61,474 nucleotides of DNA from a virus (taxonomy: Duplodnaviria; Caudoviricetes): IMG/VR virus record IMGVR_UViG_3300050132_000042, positions 1-61,474 of that record. One strand, given 5' to 3'. Of the stretch, positions 44,926 through 55,729 are shown one piece after another; the first letter of the stretch is position 1; the number at the start of each line of letters is the position of its first letter. Position numbers and translations under genes: made by a program. The notes below the pieces were generated by a model that saw only the letters and a program-made list of their open reading frames with translations, did no database searches and was not told the DNA's origin.

Positions 44926-45479
44926 GCGTCTATCTCCACATCAATGATGCCGACTTCGATGGTGTCGGTCGCGAACGACGGCACATTGAACTCAAGGACT
45001 GGGTTGACCTGCATGTACACATTCACGATCCAGCGAGACTCCCACTGCTGCTCACCATTCACCCATGGCGAGTGCTTGGGGTCGTCGGCATAGAGCGGGA
45101 AGATGTTGTACGCTGCGAGGAAGTCAGTCGACACGTCACTGAACCAGAGCGTGCTGAGCGCCTGGGACCAATCACCAGCAGTAGGGCCGACACAGTCAAG
45201 CTGGAGCCCATACTTGGTCGGCTGCATCGTCGAGCGAACTGTGGTGGTCGTCGAGCCGATCATGCTCACGCTGACCTCGTCGCGGTACGCGTCAATATTA
45301 GTTGCGATGCGCGGCTTGGCCAGATGGTTCATCACGATGTACGGCGGCTTGGGCATTGACACGCGATTATCCACGTCGCCGACAACCTCGCCGCCTGGAT
45401 CAATGATGTACGCAAGCAGAAACGCGCGTACTCCCGCGAGAATGTCTTCATCAGTGAGTGACGGAACGATCTGAGTCAT
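44922..45479 (-). CDS. Neck / tail terminator protein
   Basis: NRVSMP...QLDCVG...PLYADDP...EQQWESRW...QVNP. Confidence 0.75.
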   Translation of the reverse strand: MTQIVPSLTDEDILAGVRAFLLAYIIDPGGEVVGDVDNRVSMPKPPYIVMNHLAKPRIATNIDAYRDEVSVSMIGSTTTTVRSTMQPTKYGLQLDCVGPTAGDWSQALSTLWFSDVSTDFLAAYNIFPLYADDPKHSPWVNGEQQWESRWIVNVYMQVNPVLEFNVPSFATDTIEVGIIDVEIDA

Positions 45480-45850
45480 CAGTCCACCTGCTGCTGAATG
45501 ATGACGCTGCACCAGTCGGGCCACTGTTCCATGACCTGCACGAGCAGCCACGTCACACCATTGATCACGAAGATGTCGCCACCCTGACCAGTGCGGCGAA
45601 CGAGACTGCTGAGTTGCCCATCACCATAGACCTTGCGCAGAATGCCGCCGATATTCAGGGAGTTCATGTGCTTGATCAGAGACTCGCTCATGCCCTGAAG
45701 CTGGATACTGATCGTAATGTCGCCCGCGTATGTGGGGGTGCGCGTGCCAGATGCGGCAGTGCTATAGCCAAGCGACTGCCGGTACGTGACCTGGATGGGC
45801 GGGTTCACCGACGCGATGCATGGGCCTGCGATGTCGTGGAGGTTCATCAT
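45479..45850 (-). CDS. Head-tail connector / head closure protein
   Basis: MNLH.I...VNP...GGD...WL.VQV.EQWPDWC. Confidence 0.75.
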   Translation of the reverse strand: MMNLHDIAGPCIASVNPPIQVTYRQSLGYSTAASGTRTPTYAGDITISIQLQGMSESLIKHMNSLNIGGILRKVYGDGQLSSLVRRTGQGGDIFVINGVTWLLVQVMEQWPDWCSVIIQQQVD

Positions 45851-46446
45851 GCACCTTCGTTCGCGTGGAACCGCTGGTTGTCATCAACCTGATATTCGAC
45901 TGAGCGCAGCATGTTATGCGAGTCGATCAGCGGACTGCTGGTGTCCTTGCGATCAATCGTACTCTGCGCGTTGGGCGGGTCGTTGAAATCAATGATGCTT
46001 TTCTGAAGCTGTTCGGCGATGCGCAGCCCCATGATCTCAAGTGACTTCTGAGCACTGTAGTTCGTCATCTTCAGCGATGCCTGAGCAAGACGACCCCAAG
46101 TGGGCGACTGCTTGTCGATCATCGTGCGGAAGAATGGGCGAGGCGGAATGTGCTCATCTCGGGGCGCTTCCTCGCCATACAAACTGCTGGCCATCGATAC
46201 GGTGTTGCGCGTCGTGCCGTACTCATTCCAGAATGCGACCTGGGCAGCGGGAGCTTGATGCCCCGCTGCGTCAGCCTTCTTCGCTGATTCCTTCCTGCCG
46301 TGCAGGAAGCGCGGGCCACTGAAGCCCGCCATGCTGCCTTCCATGAAGCCAATCTTGACGACAGAACCCGGCCCAAGCGACTCGACGATCTTGCGAACCG
46401 CCTGCATCGCTTGGTCTGCGCTCTTGTTCATGCCGAGATTGGCCAC
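45847..46446 (-). CDS. Neck / tail completion protein
   Basis: AFWNEYGT...IPPRPFFR...PPNA.STI.RK...PLIDS..M..SV.Y. Confidence 0.8.
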   Translation of the reverse strand: MANLGMNKSADQAMQAVRKIVESLGPGSVVKIGFMEGSMAGFSGPRFLHGRKESAKKADAAGHQAPAAQVAFWNEYGTTRNTVSMASSLYGEEAPRDEHIPPRPFFRTMIDKQSPTWGRLAQASLKMTNYSAQKSLEIMGLRIAEQLQKSIIDFNDPPNAQSTIDRKDTSSPLIDSHNMLRSVEYQVDDNQRFHANEGA

Positions 46447-46450
46447 TGGT

Positions 46451-46888
46451 CTAGCTCCTGGGAATGAAGTCGTACGCGTTGCGGAAAGGCGGCATGTAAC
46501 GCATCATGCGGTATTGCGCTGATGCCTGCCAGAAGGCAGCACCATATTTGGTTTGCATGAACCACGCCGCGAAATCGGAAACCTTGCCCATGTCAGCGGT
46601 AACACCTACCGAGCCTTCATGTGCATTGCTCACGCGACCCACTAGCTGCGAAGGTGCTTGACCGTTCACTCCGAAATTGAGTGCGACGATATGAGCGGTG
46701 AGCATGTTCAGGAACAGGGTGCGAGTCGGTATATCGCTCACCGGACTCCCGTTCGTGTTGTTGCAGTACGCCTGGGCTTCGACGAAGCACTCGGGCGCAA
46801 CGACCGTCGGGTCCACACTGTTGTACAGTGTGGTGAACTCTGGGTACCTTGCGATCCAGTTTGCGTAGTTGAAGACCACGACGGCCAT
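46451..46888 (-). CDS. Head-tail adaptor (DUF4054-like)
   Basis: YPEF...LTAH...VGRVS.A.EGSV...WF.QTKYG.AFWQA. Confidence 0.85.
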   Translation of the reverse strand: MAVVVFNYANWIARYPEFTTLYNSVDPTVVAPECFVEAQAYCNNTNGSPVSDIPTRTLFLNMLTAHIVALNFGVNGQAPSQLVGRVSNAHEGSVGVTADMGKVSDFAAWFMQTKYGAAFWQASAQYRMMRYMPPFRNAYDFIPRS

Positions 46889-46897
46889 GTTGACTCC

Positions 46898-47431
46898 TTA
46901 CTCGGTGACGCGAGGAACACTGCCGGTGGCGGGCGCGTCGTCGTCGCGCTTGACGCCATGTTCTTCCGGGTTGAGTTGCTCGAAGCCCGACTTCACGCGC
47001 TCGGTTTCCCGGCGAATGAGAGTGGCTTCGGACTGATGCTGATGCCAGATGATCTGCCCGTTGGTGATGGGCGCATAGCCGGAAGGGTACGCCTCCCGGT
47101 CGGTCATCTTCGCGACCCACTTGTCCCAGAAGTCGCGGTCGACAAAATTCATCGACGCACCGAAGATGGCTTCCTGGGGCATCAGCCCCTTGAACTTGCG
47201 CGTCTTGCTGGGCATGATGTAATTCGCGCTGCCCTTCAGCTTGATGCGCTTGTCATCGACCACGCAGATCAGCCCATGCGGCAGGTTGCAGAGCACGCAG
47301 TAGTGGTTGCCGTTGTCAGGCTTGACCTGCGGGGCGTTGATGACTTTGGAAAGAACCGGAAGATCCGGCTTCGTGAACTGTCGCGAGGACGAGTACTTGG
47401 AAGCGGGTATTTTTTCGGGTTCGTTGGCCAT
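46898..47431 (-). CDS. Conserved virion-associated protein
   Basis: VLCNLPHGL...VD.DFW.KW...KSGFEQL.P; follows the MCP. Confidence 0.7.
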   Translation of the reverse strand: MANEPEKIPASKYSSSRQFTKPDLPVLSKVINAPQVKPDNGNHYCVLCNLPHGLICVVDDKRIKLKGSANYIMPSKTRKFKGLMPQEAIFGASMNFVDRDFWDKWVAKMTDREAYPSGYAPITNGQIIWHQHQSEATLIRRETERVKSGFEQLNPEEHGVKRDDDAPATGSVPRVTE

Positions 47432-47442
47432 GGTGCTTCTCC

Positions 47443-48546
47443 TTAGACGCCGAGCTTCTGGCTGATGCCAGCGGGGAACTTGATGATCGAGCCGAAGGTG
47501 CCGCCCGACTTCTTCTGATGCGTGCTGGAGGTGTCGCGCACGATGGCATGCGCGCGCATCTTCTCGGTGAAGCAGGCGAAGCCGGTGGTCTGGCCCTGGA
47601 TCTTCGGGGCCATCATCTGCACGAGGTTGCCGGAACTGGTGGCGAACTGAGCAGCGGTCTTGATGACCATCTTCGGAAACGCTTCGGCCAGGTACGCCTT
47701 GACGCTGGGCGTGCCATAGACGTTCTGCATCGGGGTCAGCAGATACGGCTGCACACTGGGGGCCAGCGTGAGCACGAGCGGGTCTTCCATCTCGATGTTG
47801 TCGACGACCTGGGACTGAAGCTGGACGAACATATCCAGCACGTCGTTGACGATCTTGACGCCGGTACCGGCGACGCTCGCGGCCTTCCAGGTGCCGTCCA
47901 GCGGAGCCAGCGCTGCGGACAGCGCTGGGTCGTTGAGCAGCCCGTAGTTGTCGAGGCCGGACACGCCGTAGAAGTAGCTGTAGTTCTGGAACGTGTTCAT
48001 GACGTGCGCGCTGGCGAGGTTCAGTTCGGCAGCGCGGTCGATCTTGGCAAGACCGGCGCGGGCGAGTTCCTTGTCACCCCATTCGGTGAAGACCTGATAG
48101 TGGTAGGCCTGCCGGGGCTCCCAGTTCACGTTGGAGCCAGCGCGACCGTTGTTGTTGAAGTCGCCATAGCTGCTGGTCTCACCCGTGTACTCGGTGAGCG
48201 GGAACTGGATCGACTCGGTCGTCCAATCGCCCTTCTTCACTTCGCCCTTGCCGCCTGCGGCCAGCCAGATCTCGACGGCCTTGAGCGGAACGGTGAGCAC
48301 ATGAACCAACTCGGGGTCGAGGAAGTTCGTCAACTGCGCAGGGATGCCCGCGTTGGCCTGCGTGACAAGCTGCGGCTGCGACGCGTAGGTCGGCGCTGCG
48401 TCCATCGCCATGATCTTGTCCATGGCGTCGATTCCGGCCTGCGAGTTGCGCAGATCGACGGACGGGAACAGGTGCGACCCGCCGCTGTCGATACCGATGC
48501 CGAAGCGTTCGGCAAGCATTTTGGTTTCTTGGGTGTATCGAGGCAT
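47443..48546 (-). CDS. Major capsid protein (DUF2184-like)
   Basis: NAGIPA.LT.F.DP...EVKKGDW...YGD...YGLLNDP...FTEKMRAH; strong codon bias. Confidence 0.9.
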   Translation of the reverse strand: MPRYTQETKMLAERFGIGIDSGGSHLFPSVDLRNSQAGIDAMDKIMAMDAAPTYASQPQLVTQANAGIPAQLTNFLDPELVHVLTVPLKAVEIWLAAGGKGEVKKGDWTTESIQFPLTEYTGETSSYGDFNNNGRAGSNVNWEPRQAYHYQVFTEWGDKELARAGLAKIDRAAELNLASAHVMNTFQNYSYFYGVSGLDNYGLLNDPALSAALAPLDGTWKAASVAGTGVKIVNDVLDMFVQLQSQVVDNIEMEDPLVLTLAPSVQPYLLTPMQNVYGTPSVKAYLAEAFPKMVIKTAAQFATSSGNLVQMMAPKIQGQTTGFACFTEKMRAHAIVRDTSSTHQKKSGGTFGSIIKFPAGISQKLGV

Positions 48547-48556
48547 GGTCTATCTC

Positions 48557-49552
48557 CTAGTAGCGAATGCCGATTTTGACGATGTCCCCGACATTGGCTG
48601 CCGAGAGAATCTTCCACGGGGTTTCGATGAACGCGCTGAGGCTCATGCTGGTCAGGCCCGAGACAGCGCTGGTCGCAGCCGCGCTGAGAATGACCGTGCC
48701 GCTGGTGCCGTCGAAGGTGCCGAAGCTGGCGATGTACGCGCCCGCCGGAATGCCGGTGCCGGAAGCGGGCTGGCCGACCTTGACCTGCCCGTTGGTAACG
48801 GAACTGATCGTGATCGTGGTCGAGCCGTTGGTGCCGGTCGCAGCCACGACGCCGCCGCCCGTGCCCACAGGAGCAAGAGTGGTGAGCCCCACGGTGGTCT
48901 GCGTGGTCACGGCGTACTGAGTGAGGAACACAGTGCCGGACGAGCCGTTGAACGTGCCGAACGCTTCGATGAACACCGGGCCGGGAATGTTCAGGCCGAA
49001 GACCTGATCACCGACTTCAGGCACGCCGCTGGAGAGCGTGATGATGTTCAGCGAGTTCGAGCCCGCAGCGATGGTCGCCGAAGCGATCACGGCAGCGTTG
49101 CCGACCTCGTCGGTGATGAACGCACCAGCGGCACCGCCGACGACATCGCCACTGAACAGGTTGACGAACACCTTCTGGCCGATATTGGCATCGGCGTACG
49201 GGTTCTTGGCCCAGAAGTCGCCTTCGTCCATCTCGGTGACAGGGTACCCGGCAGGGATGACCATGCCATATTCCTGAAGCCAGATGGTGTTCGTGGCCTG
49301 CTGGTTGTTGGCCACGAAGCCATCAGGGATCGTGGGCAGGGTGGGCGAGTAGTTATTCGCCTGTCCGGGGTTGCCCTGCGCGGTCGCAGAGTTCGGATAG
49401 CTGTTCCAGGCGAACTTGCCGACGACGAGGCCGTTGGCACCAGCCACGAGGCCAGCCTGACCGGCCACGACGGTCTTGATGGGGTTCTGGCTTGCGCGAG
49501 CGCCCACCACGCCAGGAGCGGGATAAATGTTGACGTGAGTTTGGAAGGTCAT
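48557..49552 (-). CDS. Head decoration/cement protein with inserted repeat domains
   Basis: MTFQ..VN..PAPGV.G...GDFWA; two V.VGQ/D...G..IP modules. Confidence 0.75.
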   Translation of the reverse strand: MTFQTHVNIYPAPGVVGARASQNPIKTVVAGQAGLVAGANGLVVGKFAWNSYPNSATAQGNPGQANNYSPTLPTIPDGFVANNQQATNTIWLQEYGMVIPAGYPVTEMDEGDFWAKNPYADANIGQKVFVNLFSGDVVGGAAGAFITDEVGNAAVIASATIAAGSNSLNIITLSSGVPEVGDQVFGLNIPGPVFIEAFGTFNGSSGTVFLTQYAVTTQTTVGLTTLAPVGTGGGVVAATGTNGSTTITISSVTNGQVKVGQPASGTGIPAGAYIASFGTFDGTSGTVILSAAATSAVSGLTSMSLSAFIETPWKILSAANVGDIVKIGIRY

Positions 49553-49564
49553 GAGTGTGTCTCC

Positions 49565-50581
<1,017 letters not shown>

Positions 50582-50604
50582 TACGGGCCTCCGGTGTTGA
50601 GGGT

Positions 50605-51192
50605 TTACTTGCTTCCGATCTTGAACTTCTTCTTTGCGGCGTTGATACGCCCTTGGATTGTCTTCTGCTCCTCCTCTGAGTAGAGAGCACGGTTCTTCGC
50701 CATGCCAAAGTAGCTCGCGGCGGCACGCACATGAGCCTCGGTGTCCAACGGGTATTTCTTGTTGATCGGGTCTGCGAACTTCACACTACCATACTTCGTC
50801 ACGCCTTCCTTGGGGCTGACATCCTCGCGCTGCTCGATGTCCTGCACGACCGACATGCCGCAGTCATCATGCGCCTTGTGACCTTCGATGCGGGCCATGG
50901 CTGCTCCTGCCTGCTTGTTGTTCTTGCCAGACCATATGACCTTGCCGCTCGTCTCGCCCTTGATCACGACCGGGGCGGGCTTGCCCTTGCTGTCCTTGTG
51001 GCCAGGGGCATGCATGACGACATCCTGCGTGACACTCTGATCTTCCTCATCCAGTTCAGGATCTTCGGCTGCGGCATCATTGCCATGCCAGTCGATTTCA
51101 GCGTCCAGGTTGCCCTTGCCATCGGACCAGTGAGTTGTCTCGAAGAACTCCTTGGCCTGTTTTTCCAGTTCAGCAACAGAGAAGTTTCTCAT
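50605..51192 (-). CDS. Modular head-associated protein (C-terminal DUF6582-like domain)
   Basis: KYGSVKFADP.NKKYPLDTEAHVRAA.SYF; small domains separated by x-x-D motifs. Confidence 0.65.
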   Translation of the reverse strand: MRNFSVAELEKQAKEFFETTHWSDGKGNLDAEIDWHGNDAAAEDPELDEEDQSVTQDVVMHAPGHKDSKGKPAPVVIKGETSGKVIWSGKNNKQAGAAMARIEGHKAHDDCGMSVVQDIEQREDVSPKEGVTKYGSVKFADPINKKYPLDTEAHVRAAASYFGMAKNRALYSEEEQKTIQGRINAAKKKFKIGSK

Positions 51193-52730
51193 GCGATCCT
51201 CCTGACCTTGCCCCACACTGCCGGATCGATGTACGCCTTCAACGCCATATCAGGAGAGTTGTGCAGATGCTCGCTGACTTTGGTAGCGACTTCCTTCTGA
51301 TACTTCTTGAACTCGGCTTCACCCTTGATCTGTGCGTGATTGCCGATGACAGCGCGTGCGGTCATCGTGCCGTGCCACGTCCTGAAATCCTTGGTGGTCA
51401 TCTCTTTGTCGCCGGTCGTGCGCTTGATGTACGCAGCAGTCTTTGCTGGAGTCGTCTCGAACATCTTGCCGCGCGCGCCGACTTCGGATTTGCGATCAGT
51501 CAGGAACTTGGCCAGGGCCGGATCACTGATACGATGCTCGATGTCGACGCCATGCTTGCCGACGAACTTGAACTTGATGTCGTTACCCTTGATGATCACA
51601 TTCTTGCCGAGAATCGTGGTCGCGCCGAACGTGGCTACCTTGCCCAGTTCCCCGCGTGCGCTTTTCTCATTGCCAACACGGAAGCCAGTGGCATTAATCA
51701 GACAGATGGCGGCGGCAGTGTTGTCACCATTCTTCATGTCTGCTGTCGCCTGTTTGACCAGCGCAGGCCGAGCCTTGTCGAAATCTTTCAGCCGTGCAAA
51801 CTTCTCGGCGGCACTTCGCTGATCGTGCTCCTTCGAGTAGATCGACTGCTTCTTGCCACTCTTGTCGATGCCGGTGGCCTGCACATCAGCTTTAGGGTCA
51901 CGCGCAATATGCACGTCCTTCCATGCGGGCGGGACACCGAGCTTGTTCATGCGCTCAGTCTCTTTTGCACTGAGCGGCTTGCCCTTGGCATCGATACGAG
52001 TGACAACGCGGTCCTTGCCCTTGCCTGTTTCCTTGCTCGACGCACCAACCGTGCTCCACTGATTGCCGTGGAAGTCATGGCCGGGGAGATCACCATCGAG
52101 CCCAAGTGCGACGCGTATCGGGTCAGGCTGCAAGGCACGGCGCAGCGCGTCGGCGAAGCTGGGCCGCTTGAGTGCGGCATCACGCACCATCACATCGGGG
52201 CCTGCACGACCTTCTTCGACGAGCGCGACATGGTTGAAACGAATGTTCATCATGCAGCCGTCGTACTGCTGACCCTCGTACACGCCAGGAGTCATCACGA
52301 CATCGTGGCGATACGCGCAGGACAGTTCGCAGACTTCCTTGCTGTTCACGCCTTCGATTGCACCGGCCTTCTGGATGACCAGATCGTTGATCAAGTACGG
52401 GGCCTTGAACTCACCGGCCTGCCCGGTGTTGCCGACCTGATGCTTGGCGATGTCGGGGTTCTCCAAATCCATCGCGCTGACTTCGATATGCGCATCCATG
52501 AGAGGGATCATGTTGCAGGTCAGCGCAGCCTTGGCCAGTTCCTCGGCGGGACGAAGAATGTAGTAGATCCGCTTCGGGTCGAGATTCAACTGCTCCCAGG
52601 CCGGGATCTCCGCACCCATGTATGGGTTCACGCACGCTTTTGAAATGTTCGTACCTGACACATGGAGAAAACCATTTTCATCATAGTGACGGGCTGATGC
52701 AACTTTGTCGAATGCGAGCGCGTCACTCAT
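51189..52730 (-). CDS. DUF2213 prohead protease fused to DNA topoisomerase IB
   Basis: N-terminal ISKACVNPY.G.EIP...ELSCAY...NHVALVEEGRAGPDV. C-terminal VPPAW...QATGID..GKKQ.IY, FRVGN, FVGKHG, KDFRTW, LHNSP...AYIDP. Confidence 0.9.
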   Translation of the reverse strand: MSDALAFDKVASARHYDENGFLHVSGTNISKACVNPYMGAEIPAWEQLNLDPKRIYYILRPAEELAKAALTCNMIPLMDAHIEVSAMDLENPDIAKHQVGNTGQAGEFKAPYLINDLVIQKAGAIEGVNSKEVCELSCAYRHDVVMTPGVYEGQQYDGCMMNIRFNHVALVEEGRAGPDVMVRDAALKRPSFADALRRALQPDPIRVALGLDGDLPGHDFHGNQWSTVGASSKETGKGKDRVVTRIDAKGKPLSAKETERMNKLGVPPAWKDVHIARDPKADVQATGIDKSGKKQSIYSKEHDQRSAAEKFARLKDFDKARPALVKQATADMKNGDNTAAAICLINATGFRVGNEKSARGELGKVATFGATTILGKNVIIKGNDIKFKFVGKHGVDIEHRISDPALAKFLTDRKSEVGARGKMFETTPAKTAAYIKRTTGDKEMTTKDFRTWHGTMTARAVIGNHAQIKGEAEFKKYQKEVATKVSEHLHNSPDMALKAYIDPAVWGKVRRIA

Positions 52731-52732
52731 GA

Positions 52733-53017
52733 TCACTTCCTCCCCACGCTCAACTGCTTGACTGCGGCATTGTGCGCTGCGGCCTGCTTCATGTGGCCCG
52801 CAGCCTTCTGCACGTTCGGCACGACGGCCCACAGTTCTCCTGCTGTCGTGTGCGCCTGGGCAGCGTTGCGGTGCGCAGGCATGCTGCCGACCCGATTGGC
52901 GACAGCGCTGAGCCTCGCAGCCTGCTCGCTGAGTTGCGTGGCCTTCGCCTCGAACGCGGGCGACTTGCCACGATTGATGACGACTGGCTTCTGAACCTTG
53001 ATGGGCGGCTTGGCCAT
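52733..53017 (-). CDS. Small basic Ala/His-rich helical protein
   Basis: AHRNAAQAH..A...H..QAAAH; RBS present. Confidence 0.6.
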   Translation of the reverse strand: MAKPPIKVQKPVVINRGKSPAFEAKATQLSEQAARLSAVANRVGSMPAHRNAAQAHTTAGELWAVVPNVQKAAGHMKQAAAHNAAVKQLSVGRK

Positions 53018-53018
53018 G

Positions 53019-53252
53019 TCAGTTCCCTTCTGCGGAAGCTGGCGCGTCACTGGGCTCGACTGCGATGATGGCATCGGGGTCGACTGCGATCACAGTGTTG
53101 ACTCGTGCCACGCCCATCTGGCCATTCGGCATGACGTTGACGAGCACGGTGGTCGTCTCATCGCAGGCCAGTGCGAACTGACCGGGACCTTTGGAGACGA
53201 GCACATTGAGGAGATTGAGAAAGCCCTGCGCGTCGTTCTTGTTGATGTTCAT
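53019..53252 (-). CDS. Hypothetical protein
   Basis: AGGAG RBS. Confidence 0.5.
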   Translation of the reverse strand: MNINKNDAQGFLNLLNVLVSKGPGQFALACDETTTVLVNVMPNGQMGVARVNTVIAVDPDAIIAVEPSDAPASAEGN

Positions 53253-53269
53253 TCTTGCTCCTGTTGGAT

Positions 53270-53578
53270 TCATTGCACACCGCCATTCTGCACGAGCAAT
53301 TGGCCGCTTAGCACGATTGTATTTCCCTGGTCTGTTACTGCGATGGCCGATAGAAGATATGTAACACCGCTCAGACCACCCTCGATTCGCTGTGAACTGA
53401 TATTTCCGGTCACAGTCGTCGGCCCCGTGATCATGTCTCCGGCGTTGGGGTCGCTGCTGATGACTGCCGCGCTGGTCGTGGATGCGCTCGTGATTGACTC
53501 GCCAGCCGAAAGGAGCTTGGTGAAATCCATGCTCACGATAATGGACTCTCGGGGGTCTTTCGCACTGAACGACTTCAT
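53270..53578 (-). CDS. Fibre-adaptor-like virion protein
   Basis: KDP.E...DF...L..GE.I...GG..G.TY pattern. Confidence 0.65.
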   Translation of the reverse strand: MKSFSAKDPRESIIVSMDFTKLLSAGESITSASTTSAAVISSDPNAGDMITGPTTVTGNISSQRIEGGLSGVTYLLSAIAVTDQGNTIVLSGQLLVQNGGVQ

Positions 53579-54918
53579 GCGGCTACCTCTCTGATTCTTG
53601 GCTGTCCGCTGATGCTGTGCATGACTGAATAATTCACAGCGATAACGTAGACTCTTGGTTGCGCTGAGATTATAGATTGTCTTGGGTCGCCGCTGACAAC
53701 ATACACCCGCGCGTCACCCGCCACCAGATATTTTAAATTTACCAGCAACGGGGTGTAGCCCTTGACGAAGTCGGCCAACCCGCCCGCTGTAATCACACCC
53801 GAACCGACGACGCCTCGTCCCAGGTTGATAGATGCAGCCCCCAGCGCGAGTACGCCGTCTGCGCCTGTGATAGACAGGGACTTCTGCCATGCGGCTGAAC
53901 TGAGCACCAGGACGCCGCCTGCTCCTACATAGCCGACTCTGACATTCAACTGCGCCGACGATCCAGTGACCACTCCACCGTTCGCATCTGCCACCAAGCT
54001 GAGCTTCGCGAGTGCTGACCCATCTGCGTCAACCCCGCCTGAAGCTACAGGTCGCGCAGACAAGCGGAATGCGCCGATCCCACTCAACGTCGCGCCACCC
54101 GTGCCAGTCCACTCCAGATGAAGTGCGCTCTGTGACTTGCTGAAGATGGCTGCGCCAGATGCAGTGATACCGCCAACTCCTGCGTGAATCAGCCCGAAGT
54201 TATACGCAGCCAGCCCACTCAGGGTGGCCCCGCCGATTGACGTGGCTGCGAGCCCCTTGCTCGTGATGGCGGCACTGCTGCTCACTATGCCACCAGCCCC
54301 GATGCTATGACTCGCACAGATGAACGCGGCGTTGCCTGTGGCAGCAGCACCGCCCATGCTCACGTTGTTCAGCGCTTGATAGGAACTGGCCGATGACGAC
54401 GTGACAACGCCGCCTGAGCCGGTCGATGCTGCAATGAAGTTGCCGAAGAACTGCGCTCGACTGACGTTGCGTATGGTTGACCCAGCCGCCTTGTCCATGT
54501 TTTTGCGAGTGAGACGAAGATCATGAGTGATGTTGCGATATTTCCACCGGGTCGTCTGCATTCTCGACACGACAGCGGAACTGCTTGCTGCAACACCGCT
54601 GAGTGCTGGCTGCTTGTCAGCAGTCTTGGAGAAGAATCGATCAGTCGTGAGTCTGAACACGACCCCACTGCCCCGCATGTTGACACAGGTAAGACGCAGA
54701 TCATTGGTGATGTTCTTGCGCGTGAATCTGCTGGTCTGCGCTCTTGCGACGATGGCAGTGCTGCCTGATGCTGAACCTGAAAGCGCAGGCTGCTTATCGT
54801 TCATGTGACCAAAGAACTCACGCGTCGACACGCGGAACACGACGCCATTGCCCTGACCCAGATTGGTTCGGGTCAGGCGCGGGTCGCGCGTGAGATTCTT
54901 ATAGCCCCAGTTGCTCAT
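53575..54918 (-). CDS. Repetitive fibre-like protein
   Basis: Three ~60-aa N-terminal repeats, then ~20-aa G/A/S-rich repeats. Confidence 0.65.
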   Translation of the reverse strand: MSNWGYKNLTRDPRLTRTNLGQGNGVVFRVSTREFFGHMNDKQPALSGSASGSTAIVARAQTSRFTRKNITNDLRLTCVNMRGSGVVFRLTTDRFFSKTADKQPALSGVAASSSAVVSRMQTTRWKYRNITHDLRLTRKNMDKAAGSTIRNVSRAQFFGNFIAASTGSGGVVTSSSASSYQALNNVSMGGAAATGNAAFICASHSIGAGGIVSSSAAITSKGLAATSIGGATLSGLAAYNFGLIHAGVGGITASGAAIFSKSQSALHLEWTGTGGATLSGIGAFRLSARPVASGGVDADGSALAKLSLVADANGGVVTGSSAQLNVRVGYVGAGGVLVLSSAAWQKSLSITGADGVLALGAASINLGRGVVGSGVITAGGLADFVKGYTPLLVNLKYLVAGDARVYVVSGDPRQSIISAQPRVYVIAVNYSVMHSISGQPRIREVAA

Positions 54919-55721
54919 TTGTCGATGATGTCCAGAGTTCCGGCGATGGCGGCACCATTGGCGGTGCCCGCTAGATATGCCCACATGAGACAGGCGTTGG
55001 CGTTGTCGATCTGCGGCAAGCCGATGGATGCCCAATCGAATGACTGCCCCGCGCCCAGAACGGGAATGGGGATCTCCAGCAAGCGCTTGGCCAGCAGGAT
55101 GCCGAAGCTGCCCGAGGTCCAGGTCTGGTTGGTGGCGGCGCTGACCACCTGGGACACGCCGAGAGACGATGGGTCAAGCGGGATGGGCTGAAGCTGCGCG
55201 AGGGCAGGGGCCGACACGACTGCACCGATAACGCCGCTCTTGGCTGCTCCGAGCGTATCGAGATAGTTCAGGGTCAACGTGCCGGATGCTGCACCATTCG
55301 CAGCAAGCGTGTCGACCCACGCTTCAACGCCGACACCACCATCAGTGATGCGGGCAGGCAGCGAGCCAGGGGTGGTGACGGTGTAGGTGTTCGCTGCGAA
55401 GCCCATGCCGCCGCAGCACCAGAGCCGATCCAACAGGATCAGCGTTCCAGGCTGTGCGCAGCCCAGCGTCAATCTGGCCAGCCACGCCTGCACTGAGCAT
55501 GGCGGGTAGTATTGCGCGCCAGGAGTGGCGGCGCTGCATTGATAGCCTGAACCGGAGTTGTACGCTGGGGCTGCACCGCCCGCGCCTGGGAATCCAGCGG
55601 CAGACCATCCACTCACGAATGAACCAGCCGCTTTTGGTGCAGCGATGGTCTTCAGGAACCGAGACGACTTGCGGTTGTTGGCAAGTGCGGACGCGATATC
55701 GTCGACAGTGGAAATGCTCAT
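54915..55721 (-). CDS. Virion-associated protein
   Basis: L.DRLW...Y.D..G..K...G.FG..L...LP.I...ACL pattern seen in phage fibre clusters. Confidence 0.6.
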   Translation of the reverse strand: MSISTVDDIASALANNRKSSRFLKTIAAPKAAGSFVSGWSAAGFPGAGGAAPAYNSGSGYQCSAATPGAQYYPPCSVQAWLARLTLGCAQPGTLILLDRLWCCGGMGFAANTYTVTTPGSLPARITDGGVGVEAWVDTLAANGAASGTLTLNYLDTLGAAKSGVIGAVVSAPALAQLQPIPLDPSSLGVSQVVSAATNQTWTSGSFGILLAKRLLEIPIPVLGAGQSFDWASIGLPQIDNANACLMWAYLAGTANGAAIAGTLDIIDK

Positions 55722-55729
55722 GTCTGCTC

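Noticed and set aside
51135-52643. 502-aa + strand ORF
   Set aside because: Antisense to the protease-Topo IB gene; no motifs; expected in GC-rich coding DNA.
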